This document shows, one piece after another, positions 9,032 to 18,788 of a stretch of DNA of 64,000 bases (within the stretch, counting starts at the first letter, position 1; each line of letters opens with the position of its first letter). The position numbers and the translations under genes are program-made. Origin of the DNA: an uncultured Bryobacterales bacterium (GTDB taxonomy: Bacteria > Acidobacteriota > Terriglobia > Bryobacterales > UBA6623); the NCBI GenBank assembly GCA_958295955.1, contig OY282420.1:726236-790235 (forward strand), in the 5' to 3' direction. The notes below the pieces were generated by a model. The model was given only the letters and a program-made list of their open reading frames with translations, did no database searches and was not told the DNA's origin.

Positions 9032-10600
9032 ATGCGCTCAAAACCAAAAACAAAACATATCCACGCCATGCAACCGCGTCTCCTTCCTTCCGTCCTTTTC
9101 CTCGCCCTGCTGCTCGGCTGCGGCGGGGGGGCCGAGCGGCGCCCGAACATCCTGTTCGTCATCTGGGACGACGTTTCCTATCCGCACGCCTCGGCTTACG
9201 GCTCGAAGATGGTTTCCACGCCGGCCTTCGACCGCGTCGCCCGCGAAGGCGTCCTGTTTCATAACGCTTTCGCCCCGGCGCCGGGATGCAGCCCCACGCG
9301 CGCGGCGTTCCTGACCGGCCGCCATATCTGGATGATCGAGCAGGCGGGCACGCATGCAAGCTCGTTCCCGCAAACCTACCTCTCGTACCAGGACCTGCTC
9401 GAAGAAGCCGGCTACGCGGTCGGCTTCACCGGCAAGCCTTGGGGTCCCGGCAAATGGGACGTCTCCGGGCGCACGCGAAACCCCGCCGGCCCCGAATACA
9501 ACGACGTCAAGCTCGACCCGCCCTACGACGGCATCAGCGACAAAGACTACGCCGGCAATTTCCAAGCCTTTCTCGACAGCAAGCCCGCCGACCAACCGTT
9601 CAGCTTCTGGGTAGGCGGCCACGAGGCGCACCGCAGATTCGAGCCGGGCATCTGGGAGAAAGCCGGCAAGAAGCTCGCCGACGCCGAGGTTCCGCCGTTC
9701 CTGCCCGATACGCCTGAAATCCGCGCCGACGTACTCGATTACGCCGTCGAGATCGAATGGTTCGACGCGCACCTGGGGCGCATCATGGAAACGCTCGAGC
9801 GCGCCGGAGAGCTCGACAATACGCTGCTCATCGTGACCGCCGACAACGGCATGGCCTTCCCCCGCGCCAAGGCCAACCTGTACGAGTTCGGCACGCACAT
9901 GCCGCTGGCCATCCGCCTGCCGGGCCGCGGCAAACCCGGACGCAAAGTGAACGACCTGGTGCAATTCGTCGACATCACCGCAACGATCTACGACGCGGCA
10001 GGCGTCGCGCATCCGGGCGGCGCCTCGCAGCTTGCCGGGCGCAGCATCCGCAACATCCTGGAGTCCGACCGGGAAGGCACGGTTGACGCCTCGCGCAACC
10101 GCGCTTTCAGCGGACGCGAGCGCCATTCCTCATCCCGTTGGAACAACTACACCTACCCGCAACGCTCGATACGCACGCCGCAACACCTTTACATCCGCAA
10201 TTTCAAGCCCGAGCGCTGGCCTGCGGGCGCCCCGCAAAAGTACGAGTCCGACGGGAAAACGCCGGGGCCGATGCACGGCGGCTATCACGACATCGACGGC
10301 TCGCCGTCGCTGACCTTTCTGATCGCAGGCCGCGACGACCCGGCCGGCGGCAAATACTTTCACCTGGCGGTCGATAAACGCCCGGAAGAAGAGCTTTTCG
10401 ACATCGTTGCCGACCCGGGCTGTCTCAACAATCTGGCCGCCGACCCGAACCACGAAGAAACCCGCGCCGCGCTGTGGGGCGAGTTGGCGGCCTATCTCAA
10501 GGAAACCGGCGATCCGCGGGCGACGGGCAACGGCGATATCTGGGAAGAGTACATCCGCTACTCGTCCATGCGCAAATTCCCCAAGCCTGCCGGCGATTAA
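9032..10600 (+). CDS. Sulfatase (Cys-type, formylglycine-dependent), probable lipoprotein
   Basis: CSPTRAAFLTGR matches the C-x-P-x-R sulfatase signature. The lipobox-like sequence LLLGCGG follows MRSKPK. The start was trimmed from track 8903 to the in-frame ATG at 9032; 9068 is an alternative. Confidence 0.9.
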   Translation: MRSKPKTKHIHAMQPRLLPSVLFLALLLGCGGGAERRPNILFVIWDDVSYPHASAYGSKMVSTPAFDRVAREGVLFHNAFAPAPGCSPTRAAFLTGRHIWMIEQAGTHASSFPQTYLSYQDLLEEAGYAVGFTGKPWGPGKWDVSGRTRNPAGPEYNDVKLDPPYDGISDKDYAGNFQAFLDSKPADQPFSFWVGGHEAHRRFEPGIWEKAGKKLADAEVPPFLPDTPEIRADVLDYAVEIEWFDAHLGRIMETLERAGELDNTLLIVTADNGMAFPRAKANLYEFGTHMPLAIRLPGRGKPGRKVNDLVQFVDITATIYDAAGVAHPGGASQLAGRSIRNILESDREGTVDASRNRAFSGRERHSSSRWNNYTYPQRSIRTPQHLYIRNFKPERWPAGAPQKYESDGKTPGPMHGGYHDIDGSPSLTFLIAGRDDPAGGKYFHLAVDKRPEEELFDIVADPGCLNNLAADPNHEETRAALWGELAAYLKETGDPRATGNGDIWEEYIRYSSMRKFPKPAGD

Positions 10601-11991
10601 TTGCGGTCGCCGATCTTCGCCAACTGATTCTCGACTTCATCGATGTCGAGTTCGTGCTCCTGGGCCAGCTTGCGGATGCGGGCGACGACTCCGCGGTTTT
10701 CCCGCGAGATGTCGTGCTCTTCGCCCGGGTCGCGGCCCAGGTGGTAGAGCAGCGGCGGGTTTTGCCGGGTTTCGCCGCGGTCGCGATACCCCGTCTGCGT
10801 GAAGAAGTGCGCCTTGTAATCGCCCAGCCGCGCGGCAAACAACCTCGTGCCGCGCCAGTAGAACATCTCGTTGCGGGGGCTGGGGGAGGTCATTTTCATG
10901 GCGCCGCCGAGGTCGTAGCCGTCCATCTTGCGGTCGTCGGGCATCTTCGTTCCGGTCATGGCGGCGACCGTCGCCATCAGGTCGAGCGTCGAGCCCATGC
11001 CGGTCTGCGTCGTCCCCGCCGGGATCGTGCCGGGCCGCCACACGATCGCCGGCACGCGCATGCCGCCTTCCCAGGTGGAGCCCTTGCCTTCGCGCAGCAA
11101 GCCGGCCGAGCCGCCGTGCGTATCGAAGATCAGCCACGGGCCGTTATCAGAGGTAAATACCGCGAACGTGTTCTCGGCGAGTCCGTTCCTGCGCAAGGCG
11201 TCGAGCACCTGTCCGACCGACCAGTCCACTTCTTCCATCGCATCGCCGTATATGCCGGCCATGCTGCGGTCGGTAAACTCTTGCGAGCGAAACAGCGGCA
11301 CGTGCATCATGGTGTGCGCAAGGTACAGGAAAAACGGCCTGTCCTTGTTCTTTTCGATGAACTTGACGGCCTCCTCGGTGTAGCGCTTCGTAACGGTGTA
11401 TTGGTTCGCCGGACGCTCGATCGTTTCCTCATCGCGCATCAGGGGCACGTTCCAGTAGTCGATGCGGTCGGGATGCAGCAGCGCATGCCGCCGTTTGTCC
11501 CCCGGCTGCGTGGCGTCCATGTCGTTGGAATAAGGAATGCCGTAGTAGGCGTCGAAACCCTGCTTCGTGGGCAAATAGTCGGGCAGGTGGCCGAGGTGCC
11601 ATTTACCGACGTGCATCGCGGCGTAATCCTTCTGCTTCAGCATCTCGGCGATGGTGACCTCGCTTTGCTGCAGGCCGCTCCACGATTCCGGGAACAGCAC
11701 GCGGACGCGGTCATGCATCATGCCGCTGCGGACCGGCAGCCGCCCGGTGAGCAGTCCGGCCCGGCTCGGCGTGCAGACGCTTGCGGCGGCGTAGAAATTC
11801 GTCCACTTCTGCCCTTCATGGGCCATGCGGTCGAGATGGGGCGTGCGGATCGTCGGATGTCCGAAGACGCCGATATCGCCGTAGCCGATGTCGTCGCCGA
11901 AGATAATCACGATATTCGGCGGCCGGTCTTGCGCGGCCAAAACCACGACCGCCCACAACGAAACGAAAACGAGACGCGAAAATACTTTCAT
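10597..11991 (-). CDS. Sulfatase (arylsulfatase A / GALNS-like, Cys-type)
   Basis: It carries CTPSRAGLLTGR, N-terminal PNIVIIFGDDIGYGD, and a signal-like N-terminus. Confidence 0.9.
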   Translation of the reverse strand: MKVFSRLVFVSLWAVVVLAAQDRPPNIVIIFGDDIGYGDIGVFGHPTIRTPHLDRMAHEGQKWTNFYAAASVCTPSRAGLLTGRLPVRSGMMHDRVRVLFPESWSGLQQSEVTIAEMLKQKDYAAMHVGKWHLGHLPDYLPTKQGFDAYYGIPYSNDMDATQPGDKRRHALLHPDRIDYWNVPLMRDEETIERPANQYTVTKRYTEEAVKFIEKNKDRPFFLYLAHTMMHVPLFRSQEFTDRSMAGIYGDAMEEVDWSVGQVLDALRRNGLAENTFAVFTSDNGPWLIFDTHGGSAGLLREGKGSTWEGGMRVPAIVWRPGTIPAGTTQTGMGSTLDLMATVAAMTGTKMPDDRKMDGYDLGGAMKMTSPSPRNEMFYWRGTRLFAARLGDYKAHFFTQTGYRDRGETRQNPPLLYHLGRDPGEEHDISRENRGVVARIRKLAQEHELDIDEVENQLAKIGDRN

Positions 11992-12000
11992 GGGAGCGGT

Positions 12001-12888
12001 CTATTCTAGCAGGCGGCGGGCGGGGCCGAACAGCCGCTTGAACTGCGTAATCGAGGCGCGGAAACCATCCTCGAAGCCGCCCGCTTGCGGGCGGTAAACG
12101 CTTTCCAGCGAGATCGCGCCGTCGTAGCCGTCGCGTTTGAGGGCGGCGGCGATGTCTGCGAGGTACGGCGCCATATGCCCCTTGCCGATGGCGACCTGAT
12201 CGACGCGGGACCTGGGGATAGCGACAACCGCATCCTTCACGTGCAGGTGCCCGAGATACCCTCCTCGAAGCAGGTCGTAAGCGTCGGGGAAGGGCCTTTC
12301 CGCGCAGTACAGGCTGTTCGCGGGGTCCCACAAAATCTTCAAGCTCTTCGCGCCCAACTCATCGATCAGCTTGCGCCCCAACCAGGCGGACGTAATCATC
12401 GCATTGTTTCCGGTCTCGACAACCAGCGTGACGCCGCGGTCTTCTGCAAGCCGCGCGGCGGGCTCGAGCAGCGTTTTGAGCTTGTCCCAGGCGCCGCGGC
12501 TGACGTTCCATTGCTCGGCGCCGCCGCCGCCGAAAAGAATCATTTCCTTGCGGAAGCTCATCGCGCGCACCAGCGGAGCGCCGACGGCCAGGGCCAAGTC
12601 GATGCACCTTTCAAGCTTGACCGTCTGCGCCGCGTAGGCCGCGCCGCCGACCTCGGCGCGGAAAACGTCGAGGCCGCCGAAAATATGGCGCGAGATGCAT
12701 GAAACCCGCATCTCGTAGCGGCCGAGCAAGTCCGCGATGCGCGCTACCTCGGCGTCCGTGTGATCGCCGACTTCCTTGTCCCAAACGAACTGCAACTCCG
12801 CGTGCGTCAGTCCGAACTCGCGCATGACCTCCAGCGCATGCTCGAACTCCCGGTCGATGCCGTCGGTAATCGCTCCCAGCTTGGCCAT
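12001..12888 (-). CDS. Sugar phosphate isomerase/epimerase (xylose isomerase-like TIM barrel)
   Basis: 295 aa. The general family resemblance includes LVVETGNN, ILWDPANS and HVKD motifs. Confidence 0.7.
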   Translation of the reverse strand: MAKLGAITDGIDREFEHALEVMREFGLTHAELQFVWDKEVGDHTDAEVARIADLLGRYEMRVSCISRHIFGGLDVFRAEVGGAAYAAQTVKLERCIDLALAVGAPLVRAMSFRKEMILFGGGGAEQWNVSRGAWDKLKTLLEPAARLAEDRGVTLVVETGNNAMITSAWLGRKLIDELGAKSLKILWDPANSLYCAERPFPDAYDLLRGGYLGHLHVKDAVVAIPRSRVDQVAIGKGHMAPYLADIAAALKRDGYDGAISLESVYRPQAGGFEDGFRASITQFKRLFGPARRLLE

Positions 12889-12903
12889 AGATTCCGTCTT
12901 CCG

Positions 12904-13809
12904 CTACCAGGTCGCTTGCGTACCCGCGATCCGTTCGAGCAGCTTGACGATCGCCCAGTTATCTTCGTCGGGAAAGAGCGAAACCCCCGACTGGAACATC
13001 TCGTAAACCGCGCTGGTCAAAAACATCGCCGCGCCGTTCTCGTGCGCCAGTCCCAGGCTGATGCCCAAGTCTTTATACATGGTTCCGATGCGGCTGCCCG
13101 TGTCTTTGAACTTGCGGTCGAGGATCATGCGGGCGCAATTCTCGAACATCGGGCTGCCCGCCGCGCCGGAGCCGATGACGTCGAACATTGTCCGGCCGCT
13201 GACGCCGGACTTGGAAGCCAACACGAGCGATTCGGCGGCGGCGGCGAAAGTCGCGCCGATGAAAACCTGCAGCGCCGCCTTGACCGACTGCCCTTGGCCG
13301 ATCTCTTCGCCCACGTGAAAGACCTGCTTCGATACCGCGTCGAGCGCATCCCGATTCGCTTCCAGAACCTCGGGCTTCGCCGCGGCCATCAGGGTCAGCG
13401 CGCCGCCGTCGGCGCCGGCCTTGCCGCCGCTGACCGGAGTGTCGATCATGCCGACCCCCGCCGCGGCCAAAGGCGCTTCGAGGCGCTGCGCCTCGCGCGG
13501 CATCATCGTCGCCGAAACGATCACGGTCGCGCCGGGCTTCAACCCGCGAATCAGTCCGGCGTCGCCGAGCACGGCTTCCCGCGCCTGCGCTCCGCTGAAG
13601 ACCATCACGAACACGGAATCGCATTGTCCGCCCAACTCCCGGCAACTGCCGGCTCGCCGGCCGCCGGCCGCTTCAAGCAGCGCCAACCGCTCTTCGCGCA
13701 GGTCGAACCCGACCAGGGGAAACCCCGCCTTGACGATATTTACGGCCATGGGCAGACCCATGTCGCCGAGCCCGACGAATCCGATTGTTTTCACTTGTTT
13801 CGCCTCCAT
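12904..13809 (-). CDS. NAD(P)-dependent oxidoreductase, 3-hydroxyisobutyrate / 6-phosphogluconate dehydrogenase-like
   Basis: A Rossmann motif IGFVGLGDMGLPMAVN is present. The start was trimmed to the internal Met (MEAKQVKT) at 13809, which abuts the upstream VOC gene stop at 13812. Confidence 0.8.
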   Translation of the reverse strand: MEAKQVKTIGFVGLGDMGLPMAVNIVKAGFPLVGFDLREERLALLEAAGGRRAGSCRELGGQCDSVFVMVFSGAQAREAVLGDAGLIRGLKPGATVIVSATMMPREAQRLEAPLAAAGVGMIDTPVSGGKAGADGGALTLMAAAKPEVLEANRDALDAVSKQVFHVGEEIGQGQSVKAALQVFIGATFAAAAESLVLASKSGVSGRTMFDVIGSGAAGSPMFENCARMILDRKFKDTGSRIGTMYKDLGISLGLAHENGAAMFLTSAVYEMFQSGVSLFPDEDNWAIVKLLERIAGTQATW

Positions 13810-13811
13810 TG

Positions 13812-14198
13812 CTAACCGGTAAAGAGCGTTCGCGCGTCCACGAAGCAAATCGGATTGCCGAACGGGTCTTGCCCGTAGAACAGCCGCTCGCCCCAAGGCA
13901 TCTCGGCAATACCGCCGTCAAGCGCTCGAAAGTTCAGCCGCCGGGCCCGCGCGAACAATCCATCGAGGTCTGCGACCGCAAAATAGCAGTATTGGTTCGG
14001 GTGACGCCGCCAACCGCCGCCGCGTCCGTCGCCGTCGGCCTCGGGATCGTAACAGGCGAGGATCGTACCGCCGCAGTCGAAATAGTGCCGCCCCGGCGAA
14101 ACCCGCCTTCCGGGATCGTCGAGCAGCACGGCATAGAACTTCTCGGCAACGGCGATATCGTCGACGGGGAGGATGACGCGATACAGCCGCGCAATCAT
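13812..14198 (-). CDS. VOC (glyoxalase/bleomycin-resistance/dioxygenase) family protein
   Basis: 128 aa. It reads YRVILPVDDIAVAEKFY ... WGERLFYGQDPFGNPICF, typical of the VOC fold. Confidence 0.75.
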   Translation of the reverse strand: MIARLYRVILPVDDIAVAEKFYAVLLDDPGRRVSPGRHYFDCGGTILACYDPEADGDGRGGGWRRHPNQYCYFAVADLDGLFARARRLNFRALDGGIAEMPWGERLFYGQDPFGNPICFVDARTLFTG

Positions 14199-14265
14199 AA
14201 CCGCCGCAGTATAACAGCCCTGAATCCCCGGACAAGCAATCTTTTGAGAATTTGAAACCTCTTAT

Positions 14266-14372
14266 ATATCAATGAGTTGAGAAGTTTGTTGTCGTTTCGG
14301 GGCCATGCCGTCGGTGCAGCGCGGCGGAAACCGGGCATATCAATGAGTTGAGAAGTTTGTTGTCGTTTCGGG
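14266..14372 (+). repeat. CRISPR-like minimal unit: perfect 36-bp direct repeat x2 (14266-14301, 14337-14372) separated by a unique 35-bp spacer
   Basis: Read directly. The repeat is ATATCAATGAGTTGAGAAGTTTGTTGTCGTTTCGGG (AT-rich) and the spacer is GCCATGCCGTCGGTGCAGCGCGGCGGAAACCGGGC (GC-rich). AT-rich sequence lies upstream (about 14240-14265). There are only two repeats, no third copy at a +/-71 bp offset, and no cas genes in the window. Confidence 0.9.
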
Positions 14373-14520
14373 AGATACCCTCGGGGGGCGCGGACATGGC
14401 CGGCGGCCGGCGGGAGCAATCGGCTGCGGGCGCGCCGCCGCCGCGGACCGCCTGACAGGGAATTTCCCGCATCTCGAATTTCCTGACCCGGCGCCGCGGT
14501 TTTGCTAACCTCTCGAAGAC

Positions 14521-16404
14521 ATGCGCGCGCCGACCGTTCTCGCTACGCTTCTCTTTGCCGCGGCTCTCGCTTGCGGCCCTCAGGCAGACGCTCCCGATGC
14601 CGGCAGCGTCTCGATTACGCACGGCCCCTCGCTGGGCCGCTTGGGGACAAACCATATCGGCGTCTGGGCGCGCACTTCCAGAGCGGCCGCCTTCAACGTT
14701 TTCTACGGCGACGCCCCGGACCGGCTGACGTCCGCGGCGACCGTGCAAACCGATCCGGCAAACGACAACACCGGCTGGGCGCTGATCGAAGGTCTCGCGG
14801 CCGATACCAAATATTTTTACGAAGTCGGTTTGGGGGATGCGCCGGCGGGCGACGCGGAGCGTTCCGGGACGTTCCACACGCTGCCGGACGCCGCGGCGCT
14901 CGAGAGCGAGCACAATCCGCAGGGCCGCTACAACTTCCGCTTCGAGTTCGCCTGCGGCAACAATCAGAACCCCAGCGGAAGCCCGGTCGGCGCCGCGCTG
15001 ACGACTCACGGCACGATGCTCAAAACGCTGATCGGCCGCGAAGCCAAGAGCAAGATAGACTTCGCCATCCTCAACGGCGACTGGCTGTACGAGAACGAGT
15101 CGCGGCTCTACAACCCGGAGCAATGGCGCGCGCAGGCCGGCGTTGACGAGGCGGCGACGCCGCGCGTCGTGCGCCTGATGCCCAGCATCACCGGCGTCTG
15201 GGAGAACTACAAGGATTTCTTCAACAAGGGCAAGAATCTGCGCGACTGGCACCGCAACGTGCCCTCGTACTACACCTTCGACGACCACGAGCTGCTGAAC
15301 GATATCTACGGCTCGGCGGAGCCGGGCAGGCGCAACCGCCGCGCAGTCTTCCGCGACGTGGGCGCCATGGCGTGGTACGACTACCTCGCCTGGAGCAACC
15401 CGACGCCCGAAACCCGCGGCATTGTTTACGGCAAGGCGCAGTTGCAGGCCGGCAGCGATATCCTCACCGACCCCGAAGCGGACTTCACGGGGCTGGACCG
15501 AGAAGCGGCGCTGCACGTTCACTGGGGAACCCCGAATTGGGGCATGATGCTGCTCGACCCGAACCCCGACGGCAGCGACCCCGACGAAGTCGGCGGCGAC
15601 CCGAACTCCAAGGTTTACGAAATCGTCGAAGTCATCGACAAGAACAATTTACGCATCCGCCCCCCGGCCGAAGCGGACGGCTCGGCAACCTATTCCGTCG
15701 GGCGGCGCTCGTACTTCAAGATGCGCGTCGCCAATGCCGATTTCCTCTTCGTCGATACGCGCTCGTACCGCATGATGCACGACACCGCCGACCGCCGGAA
15801 ACAAGGCCGGACGATGCTGGGCGAAACTCAGAAGGCATGGCTCAAGTCCGAGATGAAAGCCTCCGACGCCGACTTTTTCTTCGTCGTCTCGTCGGTGAAT
15901 TTTTCGATTTCACACGTCGGCGGAACCGGGAACGCCAATATCTCGGAAGTCAACAAAGACGATGCCTGGACGGCGTTCCTGTGGGAACGCGAGGACTTGA
16001 TCGATTTCTGGGACGCCCTCGGCAAGCCGGTTTTCGTCTTGACCGGCGACTTGCACAACAGCTTCGCCATCAAGGTCACCGACCGGGTATGGGAATTCGC
16101 CTCCGGACCGCATAACTCGACCAACCATCCGCTGCGTTCGGAAGGCAACCGGCCGAATTCGGGGGACTACGATTCCTTCGGACGCAAGACCGAGATTCGC
16201 TGGTCGAGCTTCATCGTGAACGGCACGCCCAACGAATGGCGCAAGCGCCCCATTTACTGCGTGGCGCAGGTCAACAACGTATTCAACAATCCGACGGACG
16301 CAGGCGACCGCTGGGTGGCGTACAAGAATCCGCAGGCGGTTTTTCAGTACTTCGACGGGCTGACCGGCGATCTGCTGTACGCCGAATCGGTCGTGTCGCG
16401 CTGA
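14521..16404 (+). CDS. phoD: PhoD-like phosphatase (alkaline phosphatase D family), probable lipoprotein
   Basis: PhoD metallophosphatase-type motifs are FAILNGDWLYE, TFDDHELLNDIYGS and VLTGDLHNSFA. The N-terminus is LLFAAALACG. Confidence 0.8.
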   Translation: MRAPTVLATLLFAAALACGPQADAPDAGSVSITHGPSLGRLGTNHIGVWARTSRAAAFNVFYGDAPDRLTSAATVQTDPANDNTGWALIEGLAADTKYFYEVGLGDAPAGDAERSGTFHTLPDAAALESEHNPQGRYNFRFEFACGNNQNPSGSPVGAALTTHGTMLKTLIGREAKSKIDFAILNGDWLYENESRLYNPEQWRAQAGVDEAATPRVVRLMPSITGVWENYKDFFNKGKNLRDWHRNVPSYYTFDDHELLNDIYGSAEPGRRNRRAVFRDVGAMAWYDYLAWSNPTPETRGIVYGKAQLQAGSDILTDPEADFTGLDREAALHVHWGTPNWGMMLLDPNPDGSDPDEVGGDPNSKVYEIVEVIDKNNLRIRPPAEADGSATYSVGRRSYFKMRVANADFLFVDTRSYRMMHDTADRRKQGRTMLGETQKAWLKSEMKASDADFFFVVSSVNFSISHVGGTGNANISEVNKDDAWTAFLWEREDLIDFWDALGKPVFVLTGDLHNSFAIKVTDRVWEFASGPHNSTNHPLRSEGNRPNSGDYDSFGRKTEIRWSSFIVNGTPNEWRKRPIYCVAQVNNVFNNPTDAGDRWVAYKNPQAVFQYFDGLTGDLLYAESVVSR

Positions 16405-16481
16405 GAACGGCCCGCGGCCCGTCCATGCGCCCCTATCCATTCGAGTTGTATGATAAATTGACCGGCTTCGGAGAATCGGCT

Positions 16482-17015
16482 ATGAAAACCGCTCGGCTTC
16501 TATCGTTTGCATTCCTTTGCGCGCTGCTGTTACAGGCGGGCGACGTTCCGCGGGACGCGCCGGACTTGAAGCTCAAAACCACAACCGGCCGAACCGTGTC
16601 CCTGGCGGCGCTGAAGGGCAAAGTGGTGGCGGTGATGTGGCTTTCGACGGATTGCTCGCATTGCCAGCAAACCTCGGAGATGATCGGGCCGATCTACGAA
16701 GAACTGGCGCCCAAGGGCCTGGAGATTCTGGGCCTTGCGGTGAATCCGAATTCGCCGGGAAACATCGACGCTTTCGTGCGCAATCACGGCGTGAAATTCC
16801 CGATCGGAGTCTCGAACCGATCCGACTGGATGCGCTTTGCCGATTTGTCGGTGATGGCGCGGGCTTACGTGCCCTACATGATGATCGTCGACCGCAAAGG
16901 CGTCATTCGCCACGAGCATCCCGGCCGGGACCGCGTTTTCTGGGCCGATCAAGAGGCCAACATGCGCAAGGAATTCAGCGATCTGCTGGCCGAGAGCTCG
17001 GGTGCAAGCGATTAA
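16482..17015 (+). CDS. TlpA-family thiol:disulfide oxidoreductase (thioredoxin fold)
   Basis: It starts with the signal peptide MKTARLLSFAFLCALLL and has the CxxC motif CSHC within VVAVMWLSTDCSHCQ. The start was trimmed from track 16236. Confidence 0.8.
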   Translation: MKTARLLSFAFLCALLLQAGDVPRDAPDLKLKTTTGRTVSLAALKGKVVAVMWLSTDCSHCQQTSEMIGPIYEELAPKGLEILGLAVNPNSPGNIDAFVRNHGVKFPIGVSNRSDWMRFADLSVMARAYVPYMMIVDRKGVIRHEHPGRDRVFWADQEANMRKEFSDLLAESSGASD

Positions 17016-18087
17016 GGCGCCGGCGGCTGCGCGGCATCCCGCCGTCTTCGACCGCGAAGATTGGCTGCTCCCTTTCGTCCCCCTGATGCGTCATGGGGAT
17101 TTGCAGACTATCGCCGGGCGGTACTGGCCGACGGCGCCGGACGAGCGCCGCCGGCCCGCGCAGTCCCGGCTCTTTCGCACCGAAGCGGATACGCAGGTCT
17201 TGGCGCGGTTGAACCTGCAACGGACGGAATCCCGCGCCGGTCCGCGTCCGACCGTCCTGGCGGTGCATGGCCTCACGGCCTGCGACCGCGCCCCGTACAT
17301 GCTTGCCGCCGGCCGGCCGGCGCGGGAAGCCGGTTTCGACCTGATTCGGCTGAACGTCCGCAACTGCGGCGGCACCGAGCATTTGTCGCCGACCCTGTAC
17401 CATTCCGGACTCACTGTCGACCTGCGCTGCGTCGTCGAGCAACTCGCGCCGCGGCCGCTTTTCCTGCTGGGTTTCTCGATGGGCGGAAACATGGCGCTCA
17501 AGCTCGCCGGCGAATGGGGCGAGAACCCGCCGGAGCACGTCCGGGCGGCGTGCGCTATTTCGGCGCCGATCCGCCTGGACGTTTGCTCGCGGCATATCGG
17601 CAAGCCGCGCAACCGGATATACGAACGGCGGTTTCTGCGCCAACTGCGGGCGACGATGATGCGCAAGAGCCGCTGCATGCCCGAGCGCTATCCCCAACCC
17701 GATTTTTCGGACGTCGATTCGATTTGGAAATTCGACGACAAGTTCACCGCGCCGAGCTTTGGGTTCCGCGACGCGGCCGACTATTACGCCCGCTGTTCGG
17801 CCGCGGGGTTTCTGGAGCGCATTCGCGTCCCCGCGCTCGCGATTCAGGCCGAGGACGACCCGTTCATTCCGTTCGACGCGTTCCGCGACCGGGTATTCGC
17901 AACCAACCCGTGGATTCGACTCTTGGCCCAGCCTCATGGAGGGCATGTCGCCTTCCTGTCCCGCCAAGGCGCGCGTTTCTGGGCGCAGGCGCAGGCCATC
18001 CGCTTTTTCGAGGCGGTCGGGCGTTCGGACCGAGACAAACCGGCTATTGAATCGTCGAGCTCCCTTCCATGCCCAGCGGCGCCGTAG
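17002..18087 (+). CDS. Alpha/beta hydrolase (YheT-like)
   Basis: The nucleophile elbow is GFSMGGN. HGDLQTI sits near the N-terminus and AEDDPFIP near the C-terminus. Confidence 0.75.
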   Translation: MQAIKAPAAARHPAVFDREDWLLPFVPLMRHGDLQTIAGRYWPTAPDERRRPAQSRLFRTEADTQVLARLNLQRTESRAGPRPTVLAVHGLTACDRAPYMLAAGRPAREAGFDLIRLNVRNCGGTEHLSPTLYHSGLTVDLRCVVEQLAPRPLFLLGFSMGGNMALKLAGEWGENPPEHVRAACAISAPIRLDVCSRHIGKPRNRIYERRFLRQLRATMMRKSRCMPERYPQPDFSDVDSIWKFDDKFTAPSFGFRDAADYYARCSAAGFLERIRVPALAIQAEDDPFIPFDAFRDRVFATNPWIRLLAQPHGGHVAFLSRQGARFWAQAQAIRFFEAVGRSDRDKPAIESSSSLPCPAAP

Positions 18088-18655
18088 TCACGTTCCGGTT
18101 CACGTGCTTGTCCAGGTCGATGACGTAGGTTTCGGGCGCGGAGAGCAACTGCGGGGAATGGGTCGCCGCCACGATGCGGAACCCCTTTTGATCGACGAGT
18201 TCCTTGAGCATCTTGAGAATGCGGCGCTGGTTCGACGGCGATAAGGCCATCTCCGGCTCGTCGAGCAGCAGCACCGAACCTTCCGGCAGAGCAGGAAACG
18301 TCTGTTGGAACAACGACAACATCACCTGGCCGTGACTGGCGCTGTGAATAAACTCGCGCATTGCCGGATCGTCGTCGAACAGTTCCGGCTTATTGCGCGG
18401 ATTGTGCTGCTCGGCATCGAATAGCAGCACCTTGGCCCAGGCTTGCCCTCGCCTGTCGAGCTTGTACGCGAAATTGTCGATGTCCTCTCCGCGCAGGGCG
18501 TAGTAGATGGAATGCAGCAGCGTCGATTTCCCCGATCCGTTCTCGCCCGCCAACATAACCAGCGGGTGCGACAAGTCCACGATCATCGGCATGTGGAAGT
18601 TGAGATTCATGAAAATCGGATGGGTCAGAATCTTGAGAAACATCTTCCCCAGCAT
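18044..18655 (-). CDS. Compact stand-alone ABC/SMC-type ATPase (about 203 aa)
   Basis: It has Walker A GENGSGKST, a signature-like SHGQ, Walker B LLLDEPE and an H-loop ATHSP. The start was trimmed to MLGKMFLK at 18655. It overlaps the convergent hydrolase gene by 44 bp. Confidence 0.75.
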   Translation of the reverse strand: MLGKMFLKILTHPIFMNLNFHMPMIVDLSHPLVMLAGENGSGKSTLLHSIYYALRGEDIDNFAYKLDRRGQAWAKVLLFDAEQHNPRNKPELFDDDPAMREFIHSASHGQVMLSLFQQTFPALPEGSVLLLDEPEMALSPSNQRRILKMLKELVDQKGFRIVAATHSPQLLSAPETYVIDLDKHVNRNVTTAPLGMEGSSTIQ

Positions 18656-18788
18656 AGCCTGTAGTCCTCTAATGAAACCGGCAGCGCGGCGGCGTCCGCT
18701 AAAATAACGGCTTCGCGTGCGATTCGGCGCCGCGCGGCATTCGCCGGCCGAGACGCGGGCGCCGTCACGCCGGCGGCACAAGACCGCG

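Noticed and set aside
10474..12009. A 511-aa plus-strand ORF, together with similar long ORFs at 14269-15522(-), 18765-20219(-), 20389-22098(-), 41559-42839(-), 43092-45278(-), 45985-47718(-), 48485-50116(-), 49915-51729(+), 50723-51973(-), 51381-52916(-), 56302-57711(-), 61340-63064(-) and 61822-63348(+)
   Set aside because: Each lies antisense or out of frame to a gene with strong family motifs and has low-complexity R/A/G/P-rich translations. These are standard high-GC shadow ORFs.
14458..14483. GGGAATTTCCC palindrome and a second GAATTTCC 16 bp downstream, upstream of phoD, considered as a Pho box
   Set aside because: The sequence and the 16-bp spacing do not resemble known PhoB/PhoP direct-repeat boxes. 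It is too short to distinguish from chance without comparative data.
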